A stretch of DNA of 64,000 bases from Thermoplasmata archaeon (GCA_050011355.1 JBEKJG010000004.1:2508-66507); one strand, 5' to 3'. Positions 27,949-36,948 are shown, numbered from the stretch's first letter. The notes: a model not told the origin generated them from the sequence alone. Translations and numbers: made by a program.

Positions 27949-29366
27949 CTTCGTTCCTCGTTCAGTAGATCCTCGACGAGCCCGACCGTCCGGTCGAGCG
28001 AGGACAGAGAATCCTGGCGCGAAGCCAGGGTGGACCGGGCGTCCGCGAGCTGCTGCCGGAGCGCCTGGGGCCCAGGACCACCCGGGGTCGACCGCCGAGC
28101 GAGCGCCGAGCGGGCATCCAGGGTGGCGGCGAGATTCGGTTCGACCCCCGGTATCTCCGCGACCCGGTTCGGGTCTAGGCGACCGCCGGTGGAAAGGAAG
28201 TGGGCCGAGACGGCCTCGTGGGCTTCCCGGAACGGAACGCCGCGGCCGACCAGGTGCTCCGCCACGTCGGTCGCGTACAGCTCGGGGTCGCCCGCCGCCT
28301 CGGCGAGCCGGGCGCGGTCGAACACCATCCCCTCGACGACCGATCGCAACGCCCCGAGGCCCGCCGTTACGGTTGTGACCGCGTCCCAGACGGGAGGCTT
28401 GTCCTCCTGCAGGTCCCGGTCGTAGGCGAGTGGCAGTCCCTTCAAGGTGACCAGAAGGGCGACCAAGTCCCCGACGACCCGACCGGTCTGGCCCCGTACC
28501 AGCTCCGCGGCGTCCGGGTTCCGCTTCTGCGGCATGAGGCTGGAGCCGGAACCGAGACTCGAGGATCGGTCGAGGTATCCGAACTCCTTGGTCGCGAACA
28601 GCACGACCTCCTCCGCGAGTCCGCTGGCGTGGACGGCAAGGAGCGAGAGGTCGAATAGCAGCTCGGCGAACGGGTCCCGATCGCTGACCGCGTCGAGCGA
28701 ATTGCGGAACGGGCCATCGAACCCGAGACGGGCGGCCACCTGGGCGGGGTCCGTGGGAAGAGTGGACCCGGCGAGCGCCCCCGCGCCCAGGGGCGAAAGG
28801 TTCGCCCGCCGTGCGGTGGCCAGGAGCCGGTCGATGTCGCGGTCGAACCTCCAGAAATGGGCGAGCAGGAGGTGGCCCACCGTGACCGGTTGGGCCCGCT
28901 GAAGATGGGTGTACCCCGGCATCGGGGTCTCGAGCTCGGACGAGGCACGTGCAAGGAGCGCTTCTTCCAGCTGAGCCAGCGACCGACCGAGCCCGTGGAC
29001 CGTGGCCCGCAGGTATAGGCGCTCGTCCAGGGCGACCTGGTCGTTGCGGCTCCGGGCGGTGTGGAGCTTGCCTCCTACCGGACCTACCAGTTCGGTGAGA
29101 CGGACCTCGACGTTCGTGTGGACGTCCTCGAGCTCGGGCCGCCACGGGAAGGAGCCTTCCCGGACCTCCCCCGCGATCTGGCGCAGACCCCAGACGAGGG
29201 TGGCCGACTCGGCGGGAGGCAGGATCCCGACCCGGCCCAGCATCTCCGCGTGCGCGATGCTGCCGGCGAGGTCGAACGGGGCGAGGGCGCGGTCGACCTC
29301 CAGGGAGCTCAGGAACCCGGCGAACGGAGTGCGAACGTAGGCGGGAACGGTAGGGCTCGGTGTCAT
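27945..29366 (-). CDS. argH: Argininosuccinate lyase
   Basis: EDVH, KLHTARSRNDQ, PGYTHLQRAQP, GSSLMPQKRNPD. Confidence 0.96.
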   Translation of the reverse strand: MTPSPTVPAYVRTPFAGFLSSLEVDRALAPFDLAGSIAHAEMLGRVGILPPAESATLVWGLRQIAGEVREGSFPWRPELEDVHTNVEVRLTELVGPVGGKLHTARSRNDQVALDERLYLRATVHGLGRSLAQLEEALLARASSELETPMPGYTHLQRAQPVTVGHLLLAHFWRFDRDIDRLLATARRANLSPLGAGALAGSTLPTDPAQVAARLGFDGPFRNSLDAVSDRDPFAELLFDLSLLAVHASGLAEEVVLFATKEFGYLDRSSSLGSGSSLMPQKRNPDAAELVRGQTGRVVGDLVALLVTLKGLPLAYDRDLQEDKPPVWDAVTTVTAGLGALRSVVEGMVFDRARLAEAAGDPELYATDVAEHLVGRGVPFREAHEAVSAHFLSTGGRLDPNRVAEIPGVEPNLAATLDARSALARRSTPGGPGPQALRQQLADARSTLASRQDSLSSLDRTVGLVEDLLNEERR

Positions 29367-29383
29367 CGTCGCGCTCCGAGGCG

Positions 29384-30619
29384 CTAGGCGCGGTACTTGG
29401 CGGCGCGCGGCGAGATCGGCTCGTTCTGGGCCCCGATGGCCGTCCAGGTTCGGGCGGGGAGTCCCCAGACGTAGATGAACCCCTCCGACATCTCCTGTCG
29501 GAAGCGGTCGCCCGTGGAGTAGGTGGCGAGGGCGTGTTGGTAGAGGGCGTGGGGAGAGCGCCGACCCGTGACGGTCGCGGACCCCTTGAACAGCTTGACG
29601 GCGACCTCGCCCGACACACGCTCCTGCGTCGAGCCCACGAATGCGTCCAGGGCCGAGCGAAGCGGCGCGAACCAGAGCCCGTCGTAGATCAGCTGGGCGT
29701 AGCGCTGCTCGACGGTCCGTTTGAAGTCGAGCACATCGCGGGGGAGGACGAGCGCCTCCAGTGCCTGGTGGGCGCGGATGAGCACGACCGCCGCGGGGCA
29801 TTCGTACACTTCCCGGGACTTGATTCCGACCACGCGGGACTCCAGGTGGTCGATCCGTCCGACTCCGTGGGCACCCGCCGTGCGGTTGAGTTTCAGGATG
29901 AGCTCGTGGAGGGGGAGCGGCTCCCCGTCCAGGGCGACCGGTAGCCCCTCGTGGAACGTCAGTCGGACGTAGACCGGTGTGTCGGGCGCCGCCTGGGGCG
30001 ATGTCGTCCAGCCGTAGGCCTCCTCGGGGGGTTCGACCGCCGGGTCCTCCAGGATCCCGCATTCGACCGAGCGGCCCCAGAGGTTCTCGTCGGTGCTGTA
30101 CGGAGAGGCCTTGGTCGCCTCGACCGGGATCCCGTGCTGCTGCGCGTAGACGATCTCCTCCTCCCGCGTCATCTTCCACTCGCGTGTGGGGGCGATCACC
30201 TCCAGCTCGGGGGCGAGGCTGGTCGTCGCGAGCTCGAAGCGGACCTGGTCGTTGCCCTTTCCCGTGCAGCCGTGGGCGACATGGGTCGCTCCCTCGCGGC
30301 GGGCGATGGTCACCAGGTGGCGACCGATGAGCGGACGGGCCAGGGCGGTGCTGAGCGGGTAAACGCCCTCGTAGAGTGCGTTCGCGCGCAGCGCGGGCGC
30401 GAGGAACTCCTCGGCGAACTCGCGCCGTGCATCCGCCACGTAGGCGGCCACAGCACCGGAGGCGGTGGCCTTCGCCCGGACCCGAGCGAGGTCGACCGGC
30501 TGGCCAACGTCGACCGTCACCGCGACGACGTCGAACCCCTTCTTCTCCTTCAGCCAGGGAATCGCGATGGAGGTATCGAGACCCCCCGAGTACGCCAGTA
30601 CAACCTTGGGGGGAACCAT
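29384..30619 (-). CDS. argG: Argininosuccinate synthase
   Basis: VLAYSGGLDTS, HGCTGKGNDQVRFE, DENLWG, GIKSREVYE. Confidence 0.97.
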   Translation of the reverse strand: MVPPKVVLAYSGGLDTSIAIPWLKEKKGFDVVAVTVDVGQPVDLARVRAKATASGAVAAYVADARREFAEEFLAPALRANALYEGVYPLSTALARPLIGRHLVTIARREGATHVAHGCTGKGNDQVRFELATTSLAPELEVIAPTREWKMTREEEIVYAQQHGIPVEATKASPYSTDENLWGRSVECGILEDPAVEPPEEAYGWTTSPQAAPDTPVYVRLTFHEGLPVALDGEPLPLHELILKLNRTAGAHGVGRIDHLESRVVGIKSREVYECPAAVVLIRAHQALEALVLPRDVLDFKRTVEQRYAQLIYDGLWFAPLRSALDAFVGSTQERVSGEVAVKLFKGSATVTGRRSPHALYQHALATYSTGDRFRQEMSEGFIYVWGLPARTWTAIGAQNEPISPRAAKYRA

Positions 30620-30651
30620 CACGCGTGCCTTTCTGGTCCCTCCAAGACGAA

Positions 30652-30705
30652 CCTGATGATTTATACCATGTGACCGCGTAGCGACATCATCGGGCAGTAC
30701 TGTCC
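30652..30705. promoter_or_regulatory. Divergent argG / ACT-regulator promoter with inverted repeats
   Basis: CCTGATGAT...ATCATCGGG (8/9 inverted) flanks TTTATA (30660-30665). A near-palindrome GGGCAGTACTGTCC lies at 30692-30705. Confidence 0.5.
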
Positions 30706-30719
30706 AGAATCGAACAACT

Positions 30720-31370
30720 ATGTCCGATGCTCCGGTTTCCGTCGCCCGTCGCGTGCGCGAGTACCTCGACGGCCAGCCGGTCCTCGCCGACGCCCTCCGC
30801 CGAGGCTACGCGAACTACTCGGCCGTCGCTCGCCGCATCTCGGACGAGCTGGGGCTCCGCCAGACCGAGGCGGTCGTCGCCGCATGCCGACGCTATCCCC
30901 GGGGCCGAGGCGAGGCCGCCCGGGCCGCCGGGATCCAGCGCGTCCTCCGGAAGAGCCGCATCGAGACCCGGACGAAGGTCGCGACGATCACCGTGAGCCA
31001 GGGCGCCGACATCCTCCAGCGCCTCGGGGACGTCGTGGAGGAGCTCCTGGACGAGAACTCGCTCTGTCGGCTGATCCAGGTCTCCCGGGGTACCGTCATC
31101 ATCGTCGACGAGGATTCCGTCCCGCGCGTCACCCGGACCCTCCGCGACAGTCAGGTCATCCGGGTCCGCAAGAACCTGGTCGAGGTGGCGGTCGCGAGCC
31201 CGGAGAGCATCGAGGAGACCCCCGGGTTGCTGACGCTCCTCACCGGCGTACTGGCCGCGCAGGAGATCAACATCATCGAGGCGCTGAGCTGCTACACGGA
31301 CACGATCTTCCTCCTCGAGCTGGACGACCTGAACGCCGCGATCTCGGTGCTCACCAAGACCCTCGAGTGA
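30720..31370 (+). CDS. Archaeal ACT-domain protein with N-terminal helical domain (putative amino-acid-sensing regulator)
   Basis: NYSAVARRI at the N-terminus and a C-terminal ACT ETPGLL...INIIEALSCYTDT. Divergent from argG. Confidence 0.75.
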   Translation: MSDAPVSVARRVREYLDGQPVLADALRRGYANYSAVARRISDELGLRQTEAVVAACRRYPRGRGEAARAAGIQRVLRKSRIETRTKVATITVSQGADILQRLGDVVEELLDENSLCRLIQVSRGTVIIVDEDSVPRVTRTLRDSQVIRVRKNLVEVAVASPESIEETPGLLTLLTGVLAAQEINIIEALSCYTDTIFLLELDDLNAAISVLTKTLE

Positions 31371-31386
31371 CCGGGTCGGGACCCCG

Positions 31387-31414
31387 GTATGACGAATCAA
31401 AAAAGCGACATAAC
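31387..31414. promoter_or_regulatory. NikR-operator-like site
   Basis: GTATGACG-AATCAAAAAAG-CGACATAAC, immediately upstream of TTAAAT (31417-31422) and the NiCoT-nikR genes. Confidence 0.75.
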
Positions 31415-31445
31415 GGTTAAATTCCGGGGCCGCTCAGCCGGGTTG

Positions 31446-32555
31446 ATGACCTCCCCCGGCCCCCAAACTAATCCGGCCGGGGACCTGCGGCTGCGTCCCG
31501 CCGAAATGCTCCAGATGGGCCTCCTCTACGGCGGTCTCCTCATCGTCACGGTCCTCGCGTTCCTCGCCGCGTTCGCCTACCTTCCGCACCACTTCTCGGG
31601 GGAGGTCGCCTCCGGCGGTCTCCTCTTCACGGGCCTCGCCATCACGGCCTACATCCTCGGACTCCGCCACGGCTTCGACGCCGACCATATCGCGGCGATC
31701 GACAACACGACCCGGAAGCTGCTCAACGACGGAAAGCGCCCCCTCACCGTCGGGACGTGGTTCTCCCTCGGCCACTCGACCATCGTCTGCGGGATGATCG
31801 TCGCCCTCGTCCTCGTCACCGAGTTCGTCCAGCGCCAGTACAACACCTTCGCCGCGGTCGGGGCAGTCCTCGGGACGCTGATCTCGGGCGCCTTCCTGTT
31901 CGTCATCGGCATCGTCAACGTGATCATCGTCCTCGAGGTCTACCGGATGTTCCGCGGGGTGCGGGACGGGGAGCTCGACCAGAAGGCGCTGGACGAGCAG
32001 ATGAACAAGCGAGGATTCCTCAACCGGATCTTCGGTCGGTTCTTCCGGGTCGTCACCGAACCGTGGCAGATCTACCCGATCGGGGTGCTGTTCGGCCTCG
32101 GGTTCGACACCGCGACCGAGGTCCTCATCATCGGCCTCGCGGTCGTCGTGGCCACCTCCGGCGCGATCCCCCTCTGGGCCGTCCTGATCCTCCCGCTCCT
32201 GTTCACCTGCGGGATGGTGCTCTCGGACACGACCGACGGGTTCGCGATGCGCTACGCCTACGGCTGGGCGTTCAACCACCCGATCCGGAAGATCTTCTAC
32301 AACCTGACCCTCACCATCATCTCGGTGATGGTCGCCTTCGTCATCGGGGCTGTGGAGCTCCTCCAGGTCCTGTCCAGCCAGTTCGGCTGGAGCGGGCCGT
32401 TCTGGGGGTTCCTCGACAATCTCGATTTCGAGTTCCTCGGGATCGTGATCGTCGTCCTCTTCCTGGCGAGCTGGGCGGTGGCGATGGTCGTCTACTACCT
32501 CAAGGGGTACGAGAAGGTCGGATTCGGTGCTTCCCAGCCGCCGGCGCGGGCCTGA
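31446..32555 (+). CDS. High-affinity nickel/cobalt transporter (NiCoT, HoxN/HupN/NixA)
   Basis: RHGFDADHIAAIDN, FSLGHS, LFGLGFDTATE. ATG 31446 lies 29 nt after the TATA-like box. Confidence 0.95.
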   Translation: MTSPGPQTNPAGDLRLRPAEMLQMGLLYGGLLIVTVLAFLAAFAYLPHHFSGEVASGGLLFTGLAITAYILGLRHGFDADHIAAIDNTTRKLLNDGKRPLTVGTWFSLGHSTIVCGMIVALVLVTEFVQRQYNTFAAVGAVLGTLISGAFLFVIGIVNVIIVLEVYRMFRGVRDGELDQKALDEQMNKRGFLNRIFGRFFRVVTEPWQIYPIGVLFGLGFDTATEVLIIGLAVVVATSGAIPLWAVLILPLLFTCGMVLSDTTDGFAMRYAYGWAFNHPIRKIFYNLTLTIISVMVAFVIGAVELLQVLSSQFGWSGPFWGFLDNLDFEFLGIVIVVLFLASWAVAMVVYYLKGYEKVGFGASQPPARA

Positions 32556-32571
32556 GCGGAAGGGGACGTCC

Positions 32572-33039
32572 GTGGCGCGCAAGGTCGTTCGGACCGCCGT
32601 CTCGCTCGAACCGGAGCTCCTCGACCTGCTCGACCGCTGGGTGAAGGAGCGGAACAGTCCGAGCCGATCGGATGCGATCCGCGCCCTGATCCGCAAGGAG
32701 CTGGCCGACCGGACCCTCGCGGACCCAGACTCGGACGCCCTGGGCGTCGTCACCCTCCTGTACCGGCACGACGCGCCCAACGTCATGCGACGGCTGACCT
32801 CCGCCGAGCACCGGTGGGGCGAGCACGTCCGCTCGACGAGCCACGTCCACCTTGAGGGCGACGCCTGCGCGGAGGTCATCGTCCTCCTCGGCCGGCGCCG
32901 CGAGGTCGAGGCGGCGGCCCAGGACCTCGGCGGGGTGCGCGGCGTCCTGGACGGCGAATCGGTAGTCCTGACCCCCAGCATCGCCGGCGGCCGCACGGGA
33001 CACCACCACCCCCACCGGTCCACCGACGCCCCCCACTGA
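32572..33039 (+). CDS. nikR: Nickel-responsive regulator NikR
   Basis: RHH N-terminus (RTAVSL...SRSDAIR), Ni ligands H-x10-HVH-x5-C and a His-rich tail. Confidence 0.9.
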   Translation: MARKVVRTAVSLEPELLDLLDRWVKERNSPSRSDAIRALIRKELADRTLADPDSDALGVVTLLYRHDAPNVMRRLTSAEHRWGEHVRSTSHVHLEGDACAEVIVLLGRRREVEAAAQDLGGVRGVLDGESVVLTPSIAGGRTGHHHPHRSTDAPH

Positions 33040-33086
33040 GTCCACCTCCCGCGAAGTTCATCCGAGGGGCACGCATCGGGCCCGCC

Positions 33087-33911
33087 GTGCCGAAACCTCG
33101 GGGCCGCGCCGGGCCGGCCTCTGCGGTCGGCGCCCCCCACGGGCGGATCCACATCGCCGCGGTGGGGTTCGAGGTCGAGCGGGTGACCCAGCCGCTGGAG
33201 GAGGACCGCGCCGACCGGGTCTACCTGCTGACGCGGGCCGAGCACGACGCCGCCGCCCCGTTCGTGGAGGAGATCACTCGCCGGCTGCGGCGCGCGGCCT
33301 GGCCGGTCGAGGTGCGGGTCGTCCGCACCGACCTGTGGGACGTCTTCCACGCCCTCGCCTCGCTCCGGGCCATATTCGAGGCCGAGGGACGGACGGACCG
33401 GACGGCGCGGGACGTCGTTCCCCTCCGGGTCAACGTCTCCAGCGGGACGAAGATCACCGCGATCGCCGGAACCCTCGCCTGCATGCTCTGGAACGGGACG
33501 CCGTACTACGCCCAGGTCTCCCATGCGTGGTACTCCGACCGGACCCCGCGCGTGGGAGAGGTCCACGACGTGGTCACCCGGGTGGAGCCCGTGGGGGTCT
33601 ACGAGCTCCGGGCCCCGGCGCGGGAGCTCATCGAGGTGCTCGAGGCCCTCGAGCGTCGGGGCGGGGCCTTGAGGAAGCGGGACCTGATCCGAGAACTCGG
33701 ACTCGACCGGCCCGGTCCCGAGGGAGGAAAGAGCCCCTCCCCGCAATCCCAGCACGGTCGGCTGCGCCGGCGACTCGACCCGCTCGAGCGCCGCTGGGGG
33801 TTCGTGCGGACGGAGTCGGCCGGACCGCGGGCGCGGGTCCAGCTCACCGACCAGGGACGGCTCGCGCTCGCGCTGTTCGCGAGAATGGTCGCCGGGGCCG
33901 AGAGGACTTAA
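33087..33911 (+). CDS. DUF6293/HFX_2341-like regulator: CARF-like Rossmann domain plus C-terminal wHTH
   Basis: IHIAAVGFEVERV...ADRVYLL, VNVSSGTKI, PYY, and a C-terminal LDPLERRWGFV...VQLTDQG wing. Confidence 0.75.
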   Translation: MPKPRGRAGPASAVGAPHGRIHIAAVGFEVERVTQPLEEDRADRVYLLTRAEHDAAAPFVEEITRRLRRAAWPVEVRVVRTDLWDVFHALASLRAIFEAEGRTDRTARDVVPLRVNVSSGTKITAIAGTLACMLWNGTPYYAQVSHAWYSDRTPRVGEVHDVVTRVEPVGVYELRAPARELIEVLEALERRGGALRKRDLIRELGLDRPGPEGGKSPSPQSQHGRLRRRLDPLERRWGFVRTESAGPRARVQLTDQGRLALALFARMVAGAERT

Positions 33912-33947
33912 CTGATTTAACGGATTTATCGTTACTATGGCTAAGTA
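33908..33947. promoter_or_regulatory. AT-rich phased 9-bp direct repeats and palindrome (putative regulated promoter)
   Basis: TTAACTGAT/TTAACGGAT/TTATCGTTA, then TACT-N7-AGTA containing CTAAGTA. Confidence 0.55.
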
Positions 33948-33969
33948 GGACCCTGCCCCTCCCCTTACC

Positions 33970-34194
33970 GTGGACGACAGGGACGGACGGGACGGGACCG
34001 GTGGTTGGATCGGGTCCTGCCCGAAGTCGGGATACGGGGTGCCGAAGACGGCCGAAAGGCCGTGGCCGAACGGACCGACGCGTCGCCACGGACCCCCCCG
34101 GGCGGGGGCCAGAGCGGGTCCGTCCCGTCCCCCTCGGGGCCCTCGGGAGCCGCTCCCCACGCCGGGGCGGCCCCCGACGGGCCGCGAATCTTTT
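33970..34194 (+). ncRNA. Candidate structured non-coding RNA (unknown family)
   Basis: 14-bp closing helix 33985-33999/34117-34130, inner helix GGGTCC/GGACCC, GAAA-tetraloop hairpin 34048-34063, long 3' hairpin 34138-34183, then TTTT. Confidence 0.45.
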
Positions 34195-34248
34195 GCCGCT
34201 TCTTCCTCGCTCCGAACCCGATAAGCGGGTGTGCTCGCTGGGCCGGTG

Positions 34249-34731
34249 GTGAGCAACCACCGGTTCGCGTCCCTCCTTCGGCTCGCCGGTGAGGCGATCC
34301 GGGTCGAGGCGCAGTTCGGCACCCAGTCGCTCGAGGCGCTCGCGTGGGTGGCGTCGACTGTGGGGGCTTCCGTCTACGTCCCGGAGTCGCTCGTCCGCAC
34401 GCCCACCGGTCTTCGGTTCGCCCTCGCCAACCCTCCGCTCCGCGTCGGGGCATTCTCGAGTCTCAGCCTCCGGGTCGACGGGGTGGTCGTACCCTCCGAT
34501 CGCGTCCGGGTGCGGCTCGGCCCGGCCTGCCCCTGGAGGGAAACCGCCCTCCTGACGCCATCCGAGCCCCTGGAGCTGGCGGCCGGCACGCCGATCGAGT
34601 TCGACGCGGACTGGCCGCTCCGGGAGGGCGGGGGCGAGATCACCCTTCGCCTGGAGTTCCACAACGTGGCCATCCCACCGCTCGTCTGGCTGGAGGTCCG
34701 AGGGACTCCACGGGAGATGGAGTTCCCGTGA
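34249..34731 (+). CDS. Hypothetical beta-rich protein
   Basis: Coding-like ORF with GTGA overlap to the next gene. VYVPESL.RT.TGLRFALAN...LSLRVDG pattern. Confidence 0.65.
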   Translation: MSNHRFASLLRLAGEAIRVEAQFGTQSLEALAWVASTVGASVYVPESLVRTPTGLRFALANPPLRVGAFSSLSLRVDGVVVPSDRVRVRLGPACPWRETALLTPSEPLELAAGTPIEFDADWPLREGGGEITLRLEFHNVAIPPLVWLEVRGTPREMEFP

Positions 34732-36923
34732 GCGAACCTAGGGTCGCGGGAGCGGCCGGCCGGAGGGCCCCCGTCCTGCTGACCAGCTCCGCATCCGCGG
34801 TCCTGGCCGATGGGAGGGGTGACCTCTGCTACGCCCGCGAGAGTCGGGGCGCGATCACCGAATGGGGCGGCGTCTACGCCCAGCTCGTCCGACTGACCGG
34901 GCCCTGGACCCTCGAGCTCGCGGACGGCTCCACGACGACCGACCTCCCCTCCTGCCGTCTCGACGATGCACCGTTCCCGGGCGGGTGGAGGAGCCACCAC
35001 CGGTGGAACGGCCTCAGCATCGTCCAGGACGTCGTGGCGATCTCCCCGCCCGCGGGCGCCGTTCGCCGTCTCCAGATCCGCTCGACCTCGGAGCGTGCGG
35101 TCCCGATCACTCTCCGAAGCCGATTCTCTCCGTACCTGTTCCCGGTCCTTGTCGAGGGCATTCGCCCGCTCGAGTTCGAGGTCCGGACGGCGGCCGACGA
35201 CATCTCCGTGCGTCACCATGGGTTCGGGCTCCGGGTGGCCACAACGGTTCCACCTTCCCGGCTGACCCTGGACGGGAGACCGTGGATCGGAGGCCAATAT
35301 CGAGGGGCGCTCACGGAGTTAGCCTCCGAGCACGAAGTGACCGTGCCCGCGGCCGGATCGCTCGAGGTCCGCTGGCAGCTTGTCGGAGGTCTGGTCCGGG
35401 ACCTGGACGCGGCCGTGGCCGACGCGGGGGGACGGGTGGGTTCCCCCGACGAGTGGGCTGCCCGCCGGGCGGACGACCTTCGACGGTGGACCGAGGGAAC
35501 CCCCGAACTGGAGTTCCCGGACGCACCGGAGTTCGAACGGGCGTACCGTTCGGCACGGACCGCCCTTCGGCAGCTCTACACCGCCCCAGCCCCCGAGATG
35601 GTGGGCCTTGTGGCGGGCTACCCGTGGTACTCCGCGATCTGGTGCCGGGACCTGGCGGTCATGCTGCCGGCCCTGCTCTGGCTCGGCGATTTCGAGTGGG
35701 TGGCCCGCTCCCTCGACACCGTGTTCCGGTTCCAAAGCCACCAGAGCCTTCCGATGCTGGCGGGCGAGCCCGGGGAGCTCCCGATGCAGATCTCCCCGGG
35801 ACCGATCTTCCTCTACGGGACGTCGGACAGCACCCTACGGTTCCCCGCGGTCGTGGAGCAGATGCACCGCCACACGGGCGACCTCTCCTCCGTCACCGAG
35901 TGGGCGGACGCCCTGCACCGGATCGTGGAGTGGGGAATGGGACGGAGCGACCCGGCGACCGGGCTCCTTCGCCACGGCGGGGAGGCCGAGCAGATCTCCG
36001 AAACGACCGCCGCCCTGACGCACGTCCGCTACGGGATCGATTCGCCGGATACGACAATCTGGGACTCGGCCGACCGGCGGGACCACGCCCTGGACGTCGA
36101 GGTCCTGTGGTGGGAAACCCTCCGCTCCGCGGGCCAACTGCACGGCCATGCCGCCGACCGGGAGCGCCAGGCGACGTGCGAGGGGCTCGCGACGCGGCTC
36201 GCCGCCACGATGCGGGATCGGTACCTTTGGCCGGAAGAACGGTACCTCTTCGATTCGCTCCGCGGGTCGAAGCCGGTCGCCCGGGTCCGTCCCAACGCCC
36301 TGCGGGCGGTGAGCGCGGGGCTCCTCGATCCGTCGGCCGCCCGGGCCGCGGTCGACCGGGCGACGGAGGAGGACCTGACGACCCCCTGGGGGGTCCGCAG
36401 CCTGTCCTCGCGGGACCCGGGGTACGACCCCCGCGCCTACCACGACGGCCAGGTTTGGACGATCGCGACGAGCTGGGCGGCGGACGCGGCGTTCTCCGTG
36501 GGAGCACGCGCCCGCGGGATCGAGTACCTTCGGACGATCGCCTCCCGTTTCGAGGCCGAGGACGGGTTCGCCAACGAGTGCTACCGGGGAGACCGCGCCG
36601 AACCGTACAACTCGTGCTTCCTGCTCGGGTTCAGTGTCGCGCCGTTCCTCTCGCTCCTGTTCGAACGGTTGTGGGGGATCCGGGCGGGTGGCATGGACGA
36701 CACGGTGCGGGTCGTGCCGGCGTTCCCGGACGGATGGAAGAGCGCCCGGCTTCGGGGTCTCCGGCTCGCCCAGGGTACCCTCGACCTCGAATGGTCACCG
36801 GGAACCGTGACCGCACGATGGAACGGCCGTCGGACGCTCTCGATCGATACCGGGGGGTCCGTGCGCGAGGTCCTGCCGGGGACCACCGCCTCGCTCGACC
36901 TCCCGCCGTTCGCGGAACGCTGA
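34728..36923 (+). CDS. Amylo-alpha-1,6-glucosidase / glycogen-debranching-like (alpha/alpha)6 glycoside hydrolase
   Basis: AGYPWY..IWCRD, RPNAL, TPWGVRSLS, YHDGQVW. Confidence 0.82.
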   Translation: MSEPRVAGAAGRRAPVLLTSSASAVLADGRGDLCYARESRGAITEWGGVYAQLVRLTGPWTLELADGSTTTDLPSCRLDDAPFPGGWRSHHRWNGLSIVQDVVAISPPAGAVRRLQIRSTSERAVPITLRSRFSPYLFPVLVEGIRPLEFEVRTAADDISVRHHGFGLRVATTVPPSRLTLDGRPWIGGQYRGALTELASEHEVTVPAAGSLEVRWQLVGGLVRDLDAAVADAGGRVGSPDEWAARRADDLRRWTEGTPELEFPDAPEFERAYRSARTALRQLYTAPAPEMVGLVAGYPWYSAIWCRDLAVMLPALLWLGDFEWVARSLDTVFRFQSHQSLPMLAGEPGELPMQISPGPIFLYGTSDSTLRFPAVVEQMHRHTGDLSSVTEWADALHRIVEWGMGRSDPATGLLRHGGEAEQISETTAALTHVRYGIDSPDTTIWDSADRRDHALDVEVLWWETLRSAGQLHGHAADRERQATCEGLATRLAATMRDRYLWPEERYLFDSLRGSKPVARVRPNALRAVSAGLLDPSAARAAVDRATEEDLTTPWGVRSLSSRDPGYDPRAYHDGQVWTIATSWAADAAFSVGARARGIEYLRTIASRFEAEDGFANECYRGDRAEPYNSCFLLGFSVAPFLSLLFERLWGIRAGGMDDTVRVVPAFPDGWKSARLRGLRLAQGTLDLEWSPGTVTARWNGRRTLSIDTGGSVREVLPGTTASLDLPPFAER

Positions 36924-36948
36924 TAAGGGAAGGGAGCACGCGGGACCG

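Noticed and set aside
30645..30685. GAACCTGAT...GCGTAG resembling the 3' half of a TPP riboswitch; CTGATGA resembling a C box or hammerhead core
   Set aside because: No GCTGAGA motif or supporting helices, no D box or GAAA partner, and no thiamine genes nearby. Better explained as promoter/operator sequence.
31389..31445. N-terminal extension of NiCoT from ATG 31389
   Set aside because: It overlaps the NikR-like operator and TATA box. ATG 31446 fits the leaderless spacing.
33990..34050. Slight resemblance of the candidate ncRNA to the archaeal SRP Alu domain
   Set aside because: The SRP helix-8 motif (CAGG...GNRA...AGCA) is absent and the RNA is too short.
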